Source: Methanobacteriota archaeon (lineage in GTDB: Archaea; Thermoplasmatota; Thermoplasmata; SG8-5; DAIRED01). From it: DNA of 64,000 nt. Under the pieces are notes generated by a model. It searched no databases and had not been told where the DNA came from. It worked only from the letters and a program-made list of their open reading frames with translations. The stretch lies in assembly GCA_043799545.1 (NCBI GenBank), contig JAZDNO010000009.1, forward strand, positions 1-64,000, written 5' to 3'. Within the stretch, counting starts at the first letter, position 1. Each line of letters starts with the position of its first letter. Made by a program: the position numbers and the translations under genes. Shown in pieces: positions 36,774 to 46,264 of this stretch.

Positions 36774-38654
36774 TCAAACGTTGTTACTGCGCTTCGGAGC
36801 GGCTTTCCCGCCATTCTTCCCGCGCACGAGCGGGGCCGCCTTGAGCCAGTCGATGTCGGACATGTATAGCTTGCGCATGTCGTCGACCCCGTATGTCACC
36901 ATCGCCAGGCGCTCCAGCCCGAACCCCCAGGCGATCACTGGATGCTTAATGCCGAACGGCGCCGTGACCTCCGGCCTGAAGATGCCCGACCCTCCGAGCT
37001 CCATCCAGCGCCCGGCGAAGTTGACCTCGCAATCCATGCTCGGCTCCGTATAAGGGTAGTAACTGGGCCTGACGCGCCATTCCTTGCATCCCAGGCGCTC
37101 CAGGAACTCCGCCAGCATCCCCTTCAACATCCCGAGGGATGCCCCCTTCTCCATGACCACCCCCTCCACCTGCGTGAACTCGGAGAGGTGCCGGGCGTCC
37201 GTGGCCTCGCGCCTGAAGACGCGGGAAACCGTGAACGTGCGAACGGGGGGGTCGGGGTGCTCGGCCAGGTAGCGGATGCTGTTGACAGTCGTATGGGTGC
37301 GCAGGATGGCCTTGCGCGCCATCTCCTCGTCCCACTTGCCCCCCCAGCCGCGCGAGCCCGCAATCCCCTTCTCGTGCACGCTGCGGATGACCTCGACAAT
37401 CTTGCGGTCTGGCAGCGGTACCTCCGACGGATTCGAAAGGAAGAAGGTGTCCTGCATGTCCCTTGCTGGATGGTCCTGCGGTATGAAGAGCGCGTCCATG
37501 TCCCAGAAGCACCCCTGAACGTAGTCCATGTCGACCTCCGTGAAGCCCATGTCCAGGAAGATTCTGCGGACTTCGCCGACCAGGCGGGCCATGGGGTGAC
37601 GCTTCCCGTTTTCCCCCACGGGGGCGAAAGTCCCCAGGTCGTAAGGCCGCACGCGGAGCCCGCGCCACCCGCCTGACCGGAGCAGCTCGGGGGTCATCTG
37701 CGAGACCTCCTCGACGTCCTCGATTCCGGCGGCCAGCGCCTTGTCCCCGTCCGGCGTCAGGCTGACCCACCTCATGACCTCCTCCCTTACCTTGAGCAGG
37801 TCCTGCCTGGACGAAAGCTGCTTGAGTGTGAATTCGTCGATGTCGCGCTGGTGAATCTCGCCCTCTGCCAGGCGTAATATCGTCTCCTCGTCCTTCCCCT
37901 TGCGTTCCAGGGCCAGCTTGCCATCCTCCGTCAGCTCTATTATCGTCTCCGCACCGGATTTCTGGATGCTCGCCCAGCCCTTGCGCTTGAGCCAGCCGAC
38001 GGCGATTGGCACCTCCTTTTCCGAGAGGTGGGCAGCCTTACCAAGCTCCGGCATCCGGATGCGACCGCGCTCCTTCTTCAGCGCCTTGATGGCCCTGCGC
38101 TCTGGCAGGTCTTGCTCGCCCGCCTTCTTGCTCGCTAGCGAATAGTACTTCTCGAGTGATTCCGAAAGAATCACCAGTCCCTTCGATTGGAGCCATGAGG
38201 AGGCGTTCATCACGTCGACCTGAGACATCAGGACAGAGGACGCGCGCTTGCCAGCCCCGCTCTTCGAGAGCTTCAGCACCTCCGCGCTGACCTTGGGAAC
38301 TGTGTCGCCCAGCATCTCCGCGAACGCCTTCCTCTGGAGGGGTACCTCGATGTCTATCCAAGTCGGGATTCCCTCCGACGAGACGAGCCTCGCGACTTCG
38401 ACGCGGTAGTCCTCCTTGGGCTCGGCAGCGAGGGCGGCGAGCGACCTGACCAGCTCGTTGACCCTCCGGTCGTCCGACTGCTGGCTTCCCGCGGAGAGCA
38501 CCTTGCGCACCTCGTCCCTTATCGCGCGCACCATCGGCTCTATCTCCGTCGGGACTGAGTTCTCTATGACCTGCCAAGGGGTCCCCGTTCCCTTGAGCTT
38601 TCCGAGCGCCTTTAGGACCTGGCGCTCAGCGCCGCTTAGCTCCTCGACTCTCAT
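36774..38654 (-). CDS. pheS: Phenylalanine-tRNA ligase alpha subunit with N-terminal insertion
   Basis: HPARDMQDTF, LRTHTT, FRRE, YYPYTEPS, WMELGGSG and GFGLER motifs. Confidence 0.97.
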   Translation of the reverse strand: MRVEELSGAERQVLKALGKLKGTGTPWQVIENSVPTEIEPMVRAIRDEVRKVLSAGSQQSDDRRVNELVRSLAALAAEPKEDYRVEVARLVSSEGIPTWIDIEVPLQRKAFAEMLGDTVPKVSAEVLKLSKSGAGKRASSVLMSQVDVMNASSWLQSKGLVILSESLEKYYSLASKKAGEQDLPERRAIKALKKERGRIRMPELGKAAHLSEKEVPIAVGWLKRKGWASIQKSGAETIIELTEDGKLALERKGKDEETILRLAEGEIHQRDIDEFTLKQLSSRQDLLKVREEVMRWVSLTPDGDKALAAGIEDVEEVSQMTPELLRSGGWRGLRVRPYDLGTFAPVGENGKRHPMARLVGEVRRIFLDMGFTEVDMDYVQGCFWDMDALFIPQDHPARDMQDTFFLSNPSEVPLPDRKIVEVIRSVHEKGIAGSRGWGGKWDEEMARKAILRTHTTVNSIRYLAEHPDPPVRTFTVSRVFRREATDARHLSEFTQVEGVVMEKGASLGMLKGMLAEFLERLGCKEWRVRPSYYPYTEPSMDCEVNFAGRWMELGGSGIFRPEVTAPFGIKHPVIAWGFGLERLAMVTYGVDDMRKLYMSDIDWLKAAPLVRGKNGGKAAPKRSNNV

Positions 38655-38780
38655 GTAACCGCCCCTGGGATGTGGAAGGTGAATAAAGCCTTTTCAGTCG
38701 CGGAAGGCAAACATCCACTCGCTGCTGGATTTTTCGAAAAGTTTTATAATGGGTCGTGGCTATCCTCCGGCGGCACTCGG

Positions 38781-39548
38781 ATGAATGACGACGAATACAG
38801 GGTTTTATCGGGAAAGCTCCAGAAGCCGTCCGACATAATGCGTCTGGCCAAGGAGCTCAACCTGGAACCGGAGCTTTTGCTCATAATCCACACCCAGAGG
38901 ATTGTGCGCGACGCCACTAGGCGGTATTACCAGGTCAAGCGAGACATACCGCGGATGACCTGGAACTGGAAGGGCGGGATGCCCCTGGTCAAGATCGCGC
39001 GCAGGTACGACTTCCCGCCCATTCTGGTTTCGCTCATGGTGCTGTCAGACGCGGGAATGTCGCGCAAGGCCATATGGAGCGCAATCCGCGAGCCGGACAA
39101 GATACGCGACCCGAGGCTGAAGCGGGAGATACTGGAGGTCAACGAGGAGGATCTGAACTACTCTCCGAAGGGGATGGACATCCAGAGCCAGCGCGGGAGG
39201 GTGGGCGAGGAGCGCCTGCATTCCTGGCTGGACGCGCAATTGCTGGAGTACCGCACGGAGCCGGAGCTCAAGGGAAAATACCCGAAAACGCCCGATTGCC
39301 TTCTGAAACACCCTGTCAGGATACAGGGGCAGGACATCTTCTGGTTCGAGTCCAAGGCCATCTTCGGAGATTCGGTGGAGATAAGGCGAAACCTGAAGAA
39401 GCAGCTCATACCCTACACCGAACTATTCGGCAACGGCATCGTGGTCTACTGGTTCGGATACGTAGACAACTTCCGCTCGCCCGAAGGGGTGCGGGTCGTG
39501 GATGCCAGTTTCTTCGAGAAATCCCTGGCCGAGTGGCAAAAGCCTTAA
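38781..39548 (+). CDS. CDIN1/C15orf41-like (TPD) PD-(D/E)XK nuclease-fold protein
   Basis: G..GEE.L, KTPD, WFESKAIFG, QL..Y..LFG.G.VVYWFG. Confidence 0.85.
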   Translation: MNDDEYRVLSGKLQKPSDIMRLAKELNLEPELLLIIHTQRIVRDATRRYYQVKRDIPRMTWNWKGGMPLVKIARRYDFPPILVSLMVLSDAGMSRKAIWSAIREPDKIRDPRLKREILEVNEEDLNYSPKGMDIQSQRGRVGEERLHSWLDAQLLEYRTEPELKGKYPKTPDCLLKHPVRIQGQDIFWFESKAIFGDSVEIRRNLKKQLIPYTELFGNGIVVYWFGYVDNFRSPEGVRVVDASFFEKSLAEWQKP

Positions 39549-39574
39549 GTGCGCGCGCCCCCATTTCCCATCGG

Positions 39575-39988
39575 ATGAGGTTTGTAAAGATATCCCGGGA
39601 AGAGTTGGGCCGCTCGGCGAAATTATACGAAGGCGTAATGGCCCAGGCTTGCCAGGGACTGTATTTTCGCGAGGGGCAGATCATAGGCGATGAGCTCGCC
39701 AAGCTCGCCGCACGTGACGGGGACGATTATTTCACAGTCATCGGCAAGCTCGTTGTGGGGCGGGGCTGGGCGGACGAAGCCTCGTTCGACCAGCGGCGCG
39801 CGACCTTCAAGGGAAGCATTGAAGCCATCGCGGGGGTGGCGGACGGGTGCCACAAGCTGAGGGGCATCGTGAAGGCCATCTACGAGGCGAAGCTGAACCG
39901 GGCGCTCACCATCATCGAAATGGAATGCGAGGGCCAGGGAGGCAAGAACTGCATTTTTTCGATTGAGGGTTTCGGGGACGTTCTCTGA
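39575..39988 (+). CDS. V4R-domain-like protein
   Basis: GRGW, CH.LRG and E.EC...G...C.F motifs. Confidence 0.75.
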   Translation: MRFVKISREELGRSAKLYEGVMAQACQGLYFREGQIIGDELAKLAARDGDDYFTVIGKLVVGRGWADEASFDQRRATFKGSIEAIAGVADGCHKLRGIVKAIYEAKLNRALTIIEMECEGQGGKNCIFSIEGFGDVL

Positions 39989-39995
39989 AGGGCCA

Positions 39996-40379
39996 TCAGC
40001 CCTTCCGCTCCCAGACCTCTTCCGCCATGTTCTCGTAAACCGAGTCCGCGCTCTCGCTATCCGGGCCCTTGGCGCATCGGGATTGCTTGGCGAGGGAGAT
40101 GATGTGGTCCGTCTTGAGTATCCAGTAATGGAGGCGCCACACCTTCCCCTTGCGGAGCGTGACCTCCTCCTGCGTGGTGTTGAGCAGGCCCGCCTCCTCC
40201 AGCATGTAAAACACGTCGCGGTCACTGGGGGAGAGCCTGTTGTCCACGATGACCGTTTCGAATCCGAAAAAGGAGAGGATGTAATCTGTGAGGTTGTCCA
40301 GCTCCTCCCCGGACATCCCGTCCTTGCCCACTGTCTGGCTCAGGGCCGCCTTCAAGTCCCTTCGCGTTACGACGGTGAT
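39996..40379 (-). CDS. DUF6015-like small protein (start uncertain: ATC 40379 or TTG 40355)
   Basis: FFGFE...DN.L...DRDVFYMLEE.GLL; WRLHYW. Confidence 0.8.
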   Translation of the reverse strand: MTVVTRRDLKAALSQTVGKDGMSGEELDNLTDYILSFFGFETVIVDNRLSPSDRDVFYMLEEAGLLNTTQEEVTLRKGKVWRLHYWILKTDHIISLAKQSRCAKGPDSESADSVYENMAEEVWERKG

Positions 40380-40515
40380 GGAGCCCCCTCCGGGGGGGTG
40401 ATTGCGGCGGGCGCAAATAAGTCTATCGGAGGCGGAGAGATGACGGATGGTGAAAGGCCAGCTAGGACCGGTTTATGACGGATGCGCAACCAGCATATTT
40501 CCCCGCCACGGCGGC

Positions 40516-41421
40516 TCAGCGGAACTTCGTCCCCGTTATCCGCTCGAAGAGGTCGACGTAAATCCCAGTGACCTTGCCGACTACATCTCCAGGGAGGGGC
40601 GGTATGTCCGGCTCGTGAAGGTGGCTCTTCCTGGCCTCCATCAGGGCGTCGTGGTAGCCCGTCGAGCGGTAATGATGGCGCACGGCCTCCTTGCTGAGCT
40701 CCACGGTCTTGCCTTCCCCGTAGAGCTTGAGGTCCCACCAGCGGTCCTCGTCCGCCGTGCCGAAGGTGTCCACGAGCATCATCTCCCCCTCGGCGTCGAT
40801 TCCGAACTCCTTCTTGCCGTCCACGTGCAGCAGCCCCTGCGATTTAGCCCGGCGGTTCATCTCCTTGTCCACCTTAAGGACCATCTGCTTTATCTCATCC
40901 AGCCTTTCGCGCCCCAAGCCCGATAGCTCGGAAGCCTCGCGGTGCGTCAGCAGCCGGTCTGTCTCCTCCAGCTTGGTCGTGAACTCGACGAACGGCTGGG
41001 GGAGCTCCGCGCCGTATGCCGGCAACGATGAATTGCCGAAGCCGAGCGCGAGCGGCGAGAGTTCGCCTGCCTTGAGACGGTCGTGGAGCGAGCCGGCGAC
41101 GTAATATCTGGCGATGACCTCGAGCGGCACGAGGACGCTGCGGTCGGATTTCTTCAGCGGCACTCCCGGCTTGGGAATCGAGACGCGCTTGACACGCATT
41201 TTGTTTCCGGCGGGCAGCCCGATGAAGTGGGTCCGCATCCCGAGCCTGGCCGCTTCCTGGAACCAGAAGGCCGACGTCCGGCAGAGCGTCTCCCCCTTGT
41301 CCGGGATGAGCGTTGGTATCACTTTGTCGAAAACCGAAATCTGGTCCGTGAAATGGAATTCGAACTCGCTCTCGGACGCCACGTAGACTTCCTTGACCTT
41401 GCCTTTTTTATAGAGTTGCAT
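40516..41421 (-). CDS. purC: SAICAR synthase
   Basis: KGKVKEVY, TDQISVFD, PLEVIARYY..GS, DGKKEFG, DEDRWW and SKE motifs. Confidence 0.95.
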   Translation of the reverse strand: MQLYKKGKVKEVYVASESEFEFHFTDQISVFDKVIPTLIPDKGETLCRTSAFWFQEAARLGMRTHFIGLPAGNKMRVKRVSIPKPGVPLKKSDRSVLVPLEVIARYYVAGSLHDRLKAGELSPLALGFGNSSLPAYGAELPQPFVEFTTKLEETDRLLTHREASELSGLGRERLDEIKQMVLKVDKEMNRRAKSQGLLHVDGKKEFGIDAEGEMMLVDTFGTADEDRWWDLKLYGEGKTVELSKEAVRHHYRSTGYHDALMEARKSHLHEPDIPPLPGDVVGKVTGIYVDLFERITGTKFR

Positions 41422-41530
41422 CTGGGTGACCCCAACACGGGTATGCGGTGCCCATTTAAATCTTTTCATCTCCTACCACGGGGTGGAGCCATAGTTAATA
41501 TTTTATCTCACGTTGGCTTTACCCGCGCCA

Positions 41531-42472
41531 ATGGGAACGTTTGACGGCGCTAAGGTTGCGGTCAACACCTGCATGGGTGTGAGGAAGGGGGAGCGCGTGA
41601 TGGTGCTCGTGGACCCCACGAAGGAGAGCGTGGGCTCGGCCCTTTTCGAGGCGTCGCTGGAGGCCGGGGCCGACGCCGTTGTCGTCATGATACCGACCCA
41701 GACCCACGACAACCAGGAACTGCCCTTGCCGCTCGCGAGGTTGATGCGGGAGATGGATGTCGTCTTCGCCGCGACGGAGCGCTCCATCACGCACACGATT
41801 GCCAGGCGCGCGGCCTCGAGGGAAGGAGTCCGAGTCGCTTCCATGCCGGGAATCACGGAGGAGATGCTCCGCGAGGGTGGCATGACCGCGGATTTCAGGG
41901 AGATTCATAAGGAGGCGAAGAGGCTTGGCAAGCGTTTCAAGTCCGTCAAGCAGATGCGCCTGGCGAACGGGTCCGGGACGGACATGATGATGAGCGTGAA
42001 AGGCCGCCAGTGGTTCTCTGAGGATACGGGGATTTGCCACAGGCGCGGCGAGTTCACGAACCTGCCGGCCGGGGAGCTCTTCGTGTCGCCCGTGGAGGGC
42101 ACGGCCGAAGGGACCATCGTCATCGACGCAAGCTTCAAAGGGCTCGTGTCCGAGCCGGTGGAGATCGAGGTCAGCGAAGGCTTCGCGGTCAAGATAAAAG
42201 GGGCGACCGACGTTGTGCGTGAGCTCAACAAGGGCGGGCGGGAGGCGCGCAACCTCGCAAAGATAGGCATAGGCCTCAACCCAAAGGCGCGAATCATAGG
42301 AAAAGAGCTGGAGGACTCGAAGGTGCTGGGCGCGGTGTCCTTCGGCCTCGGGGACAGCATGAGGTTCGGCGGAAGGCTGAAGGCGACCGTCTACATGGAG
42401 GCCGTCGCGACGGGCATGACGATGGCTCTCGACAACCAGGTGGTATTGAAAACCGGGAAGCTAGTGGTCTAA
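41531..42472 (+). CDS. Aminopeptidase T/M29-like protein with degenerate metal ligands
   Basis: ASMPGIT, NLPAGELF.SP, GTIVID, GIGLNP.A; ELG, DEK and H positions altered. Confidence 0.8.
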   Translation: MGTFDGAKVAVNTCMGVRKGERVMVLVDPTKESVGSALFEASLEAGADAVVVMIPTQTHDNQELPLPLARLMREMDVVFAATERSITHTIARRAASREGVRVASMPGITEEMLREGGMTADFREIHKEAKRLGKRFKSVKQMRLANGSGTDMMMSVKGRQWFSEDTGICHRRGEFTNLPAGELFVSPVEGTAEGTIVIDASFKGLVSEPVEIEVSEGFAVKIKGATDVVRELNKGGREARNLAKIGIGLNPKARIIGKELEDSKVLGAVSFGLGDSMRFGGRLKATVYMEAVATGMTMALDNQVVLKTGKLVV

Positions 42473-43491
42473 TCTTCCATCCATCTCGGTTTTCTGATTA
42501 AGGCTGCCTCGGTTCCGCATTTCGGGCAGGCCGTTTTCCCAGGTATCTTGTCCGCCAGGTTAAAGCCCATCCGGGCCAGGAGGAGAGTTCCGCACTCATG
42601 GCACACGGTGTTCTCCTGCCCGGTTCTCGAAACATTCCCGACATAGACGTACCTCAGCCCCTCCTCCTTTGCGATTGCATGAGCCCTCTGCAGTTTCTCG
42701 ACCGGCGTGTGCCTCAACCCCAGCATCTTGTAGTCGGGATGGAACCTGGAGAAATGCACCGGAACGTCCGGACCCAGCTCCTCGGCAACCCATCTGGCGA
42801 AGAGCCGCAGGTCCTTCTCGTCGTCGTTCTTCGTCGGTATCACCAGGTTTGTCAGTTCTAGCCATATTCCGAGCGCCTTTGTCAGCCTGCAAGTGTCCAG
42901 GACGTTGCCCAGCTTTCCGTTCGTCAGGGTTTGGTAGAACTCGTCCGTGAATGCCTTCACGTCGATGTTCATGGCGTCGAGGCACGGCGCCAGCTCGCGC
43001 AAAGGGGCCTCGGAGATGTAGCCGTTCGTGACGTATATCGTCGGAACGCCGGCCTTTCTGAGGAGGCGCGATGCGTCGAGTGTGAACTCGTACCACATCG
43101 TCGGCTCGTTGTACGTCCAAGAAACGCTCTGGCATCCCTGGCGCGCGACCATCGCCAGTATGGCCTCGGCCGAAACTTCGCGGGTCTGGGCGAGAGTCCA
43201 CTCGTTCGATATCACGTAGTTCTGGCAGAACTGGCATTTCAGGTTGCAGCCGACGCTACCGAACGAGAGGGTGCGCGTCCCGGGCATGAAGTGGTACAGG
43301 GGCTTCTTCTCGATTGGGTCCGGCGAGACGCCCGAATAGCGCCCGTATGTCAGCGCCCACAGCTTGCCGCCGCGGTTCTGGCGCACTCTGCAAAGCCCGT
43401 AGCCCCCGTCGACAATCTTGCATCCGTGGCCGCACAGCGAGCATGCCACCTTCCCCGAACCGAGCGGGCTCCAGTGAAGGGCTTCCCTCAT
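42469..43491 (-). CDS. amrS: AmmeMemoRadiSam radical SAM enzyme
   Basis: DPIEKKPLYHF.PG, GCNLKCQFCQN, TYNEPT and HFSRFHP motifs. Confidence 0.93.
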   Translation of the reverse strand: MREALHWSPLGSGKVACSLCGHGCKIVDGGYGLCRVRQNRGGKLWALTYGRYSGVSPDPIEKKPLYHFMPGTRTLSFGSVGCNLKCQFCQNYVISNEWTLAQTREVSAEAILAMVARQGCQSVSWTYNEPTMWYEFTLDASRLLRKAGVPTIYVTNGYISEAPLRELAPCLDAMNIDVKAFTDEFYQTLTNGKLGNVLDTCRLTKALGIWLELTNLVIPTKNDDEKDLRLFARWVAEELGPDVPVHFSRFHPDYKMLGLRHTPVEKLQRAHAIAKEEGLRYVYVGNVSRTGQENTVCHECGTLLLARMGFNLADKIPGKTACPKCGTEAALIRKPRWMED

Positions 43492-44432
43492 TTCTTTGGC
43501 CTCCTGAAATGCTCGAATCCAGATTTGGGCAAGAACTTGGTTCTTCCTCCCTGGGAGAATCGAACCCCCGTTCCGCACACGCACCCGATTTCCGTGAGCT
43601 GGCCGCCCGCCTTGCGGACCTTTGCGTGCGCAACCGCGAGCTTGCCCCGCGGCACCGTGGCCAGCAATTCGAAATCGCCGCCGTACGACGCCGCTTCGAG
43701 CCTCGCGTCCGACCGGACGCCCGGGTAGAACGGAACATCGTCCATTCGAACCTCCATGCCGACTCCAGAAGCCTCGGACAAGTAGTGCAACGAAAGCGCC
43801 AGGCCGTCCGAGAGGTCTGTGCACGACGTCGCGCCCGCGGAGGCGAGCGCCGCCCCCTCCGCGAGCCTGGCTTCGACGCGAAGCATCCGTCCCAGGCCGG
43901 AGTTACCTCCCTTCAGCATCCATTCGTGCGCCCTTCCGATTCTTCCAGTCAGGACGAGCGCGTCGCCTTCCCCGGCCCCGGAGCGCATGAGAGCGCCACC
44001 TGGAGGCGCCTCGCCCAGAGCCGTGACGCAGATGGTCAACAGGCCCGAGGTCTTGGTATCGCCCCCCAGCACCTTCGTCCCGTGGGCATTGGCACACCTC
44101 TCGACTCCCCCGGATATGCCACCGAATGCTTCGATTGGGGTGTCCGATGGAAAACCGTATGCGACCAGGAGACCCAGCGGCCTGGCGCCCATCGCGGCCA
44201 AGTCGCTCAGGTTGACCGCGGCGGCGTACCAACCCTTCAGGTTCGGGGGTGCGTCGCGGGGATAATGCACGCCGTCGAAGGTGATGTCGGTGGTCGCCAC
44301 CACAGTTTCACTTCCGATTCTCAGGACGGCGCAGTCGTCCCCGATTCCACCCGAGCCGTCGGGGTCGTGGAGCCTCCGCAGCCTTGCGACCAGGGCCCTC
44401 TCGCCGAACCCGGACAGCGCTTTCCCCGCCAT
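43488..44432 (-). CDS. thiL: Thiamine-monophosphate kinase
   Basis: GIGDDCAV, NLSDLAAMGA, GGDT, DLSDGL and GGDFELL motifs. Confidence 0.96.
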   Translation of the reverse strand: MAGKALSGFGERALVARLRRLHDPDGSGGIGDDCAVLRIGSETVVATTDITFDGVHYPRDAPPNLKGWYAAAVNLSDLAAMGARPLGLLVAYGFPSDTPIEAFGGISGGVERCANAHGTKVLGGDTKTSGLLTICVTALGEAPPGGALMRSGAGEGDALVLTGRIGRAHEWMLKGGNSGLGRMLRVEARLAEGAALASAGATSCTDLSDGLALSLHYLSEASGVGMEVRMDDVPFYPGVRSDARLEAASYGGDFELLATVPRGKLAVAHAKVRKAGGQLTEIGCVCGTGVRFSQGGRTKFLPKSGFEHFRRPKK

Positions 44433-44673
44433 ACACCCTCATCGCATCATGCCAATTAAACATTTCCTGGTTTGCCCGGGCATCAAGAGTTTGCCGTGCG
44501 TGGAGCGTTTCGCGGTTCACGCTCGTTGAATTCCCTTGCGATGCGGGACGCTCACAAGTAGCAACTAATATAGATTTCTATGAACTATATTTAAATATTA
44601 CCTAGCAATGACAGAGTCTTGCGCCGAGGTGGGGCGCGGAGAGTAAAATACCAATGTTTAAGGGAGGTGTAAA

Positions 44674-45204
44674 ATGGGTAAGTATAAGTTTATTACAGTT
44701 GCCACAACGATGTTTTGCGTTGCAATGATGATATTGCCAGCAGCGACTCCGGCGAAGGCCTACGTGCTGGAATACGGGCAGGACAAATTCACAATCGACG
44801 GAACCATGAAGTGCAGGAACGCTCAGGTTGCGATTTCGATGGAGTATGTGTTCCAATCCCTTCCGGCTCAGACGTCAGTACTGGTCGGAAACGTGGAGTA
44901 CATCCTCACGCTCGAAAACGTCATCTTCGGCGTGGATGACCCGAGCACGGCGATATACGATCCAGCGAGCATAACCTTCAACTTCGGACGCAACGGACGC
45001 TTACAAGGGCATGTCGAGGGCATTGCATTATACGTCCAGCCATCCCCGGACTATCCGGCTGGATGGGTGCCAGTCATCGGATACGGCCTCGTCGATTTCA
45101 GCGGCATCCTAAAGATTTCAGGAAACAATTATTCGCCGCTTAAGCTCGATGGCTGGTATACGACCATGTCATACTGGCCAGGTTCTGGCCCGGACCCTGC
45201 ATAA
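44674..45204 (+). CDS. Secreted hypothetical protein (176 aa)
   Basis: GGAGGTG RBS; signal peptide ending AKA; beta-rich mature part. Confidence 0.75.
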   Translation: MGKYKFITVATTMFCVAMMILPAATPAKAYVLEYGQDKFTIDGTMKCRNAQVAISMEYVFQSLPAQTSVLVGNVEYILTLENVIFGVDDPSTAIYDPASITFNFGRNGRLQGHVEGIALYVQPSPDYPAGWVPVIGYGLVDFSGILKISGNNYSPLKLDGWYTTMSYWPGSGPDPA

Positions 45205-45261
45205 CCGCAGTGCAATGGCGGGACAAAACCATTTTATCTTCTTTTTATATCCATGCATCCC

Positions 45262-46221
45262 ATGAGCGTGCAGAAATACTCATTCCCCGGCAGCAACCCG
45301 TTCGTGCAAGCCCCTATGAGCGGCATCACAGACAGAGCCTTCCGCACAATAGCCAGACGTTTCCATCGTGGTTTGATTTACACCGAGATGATAAGCGCCG
45401 AAGCGCTCTGCCGAGGAGACCGCAAGACGCTCAGAATGGCCGTCATTGATGAGGAGCATAAACCCTGCGCCCTCCAGCTCATCGGCCCCAGGCCAGACCG
45501 CCTTGCAGAGGCGGCCCGCATCGCCGAGGGGCTGGGGGCCGAAATCATCGATATAAATGCCGCCTGCCCCGAGCCAAAGGTCGTGAAGGCAGGAGCCGGG
45601 GGAGCCCTCATGAAAGACCTGGGCAAGCTGGACAAGGCCGTGCGGGCGGTCGTCGACACGGCAGGCGTTCCAGTGTCCGTCAAGCTTCGCCTCGGATACG
45701 ACAGGGACGTTTCCTCCGATGCGCTGGCCCTCGTTGCGGAAGCTGGCGCGGCCTACTCGACTTTCCACGGAAGGTTGGTCTCTCAGGGGTTCACGGGAAA
45801 ATCTGACTGGAACGCCTTGAAAAGGCTCGCGGGCGAGGCGAGGATGCCGTTCCTGGCGAACGGGGACGCGCGAAACGAGGCGTCGGCCGTCGAGCTGCTG
45901 CGTTTCACCGGAGCGACTGGTGTCATGCTGGGCCGCGCGACGAGGGGCAGGCCGGACCTGCCTGGAGCGGCGTTCGATGTGCTGGAGGGCCGGCCTACCA
46001 AGAGGCTGCTGGGCGACGCACTGGCCTTCACCATCCTAGACCACGCGAAACTCCTGGTTGAGGAGCGGGGCGAGCACAGGGGGATTTGCAGGATGAGAAA
46101 GCACATCCACTGGTACCTGGCATCCGCGGGGGCGAAGTTCGAGAAGGAGAGGGTTCATCGAATCGAGACCGTCGCGGAGCTGGAAAGGTTCCTCGATGAT
46201 GTTGAATGGCGGAATCAATGA
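45262..46221 (+). CDS. dus: tRNA-dihydrouridine synthase (DusB-like)
   Basis: APMSGITD, TEMI, IDINAACP, SVKLRLG, HGR, ANGD and MLGR motifs. Confidence 0.92.
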   Translation: MSVQKYSFPGSNPFVQAPMSGITDRAFRTIARRFHRGLIYTEMISAEALCRGDRKTLRMAVIDEEHKPCALQLIGPRPDRLAEAARIAEGLGAEIIDINAACPEPKVVKAGAGGALMKDLGKLDKAVRAVVDTAGVPVSVKLRLGYDRDVSSDALALVAEAGAAYSTFHGRLVSQGFTGKSDWNALKRLAGEARMPFLANGDARNEASAVELLRFTGATGVMLGRATRGRPDLPGAAFDVLEGRPTKRLLGDALAFTILDHAKLLVEERGEHRGICRMRKHIHWYLASAGAKFEKERVHRIETVAELERFLDDVEWRNQ

Positions 46222-46264
46222 TGGATGCGCAAGGTCTAACTCGGTGCGTTTCTGCCTAGCCACA

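Noticed and set aside
44617-44633. GCGCCGAGGT resembling a tRNA-Ser end
   Set aside because: Only about 8-10 nt in a small hairpin; no tRNA fold
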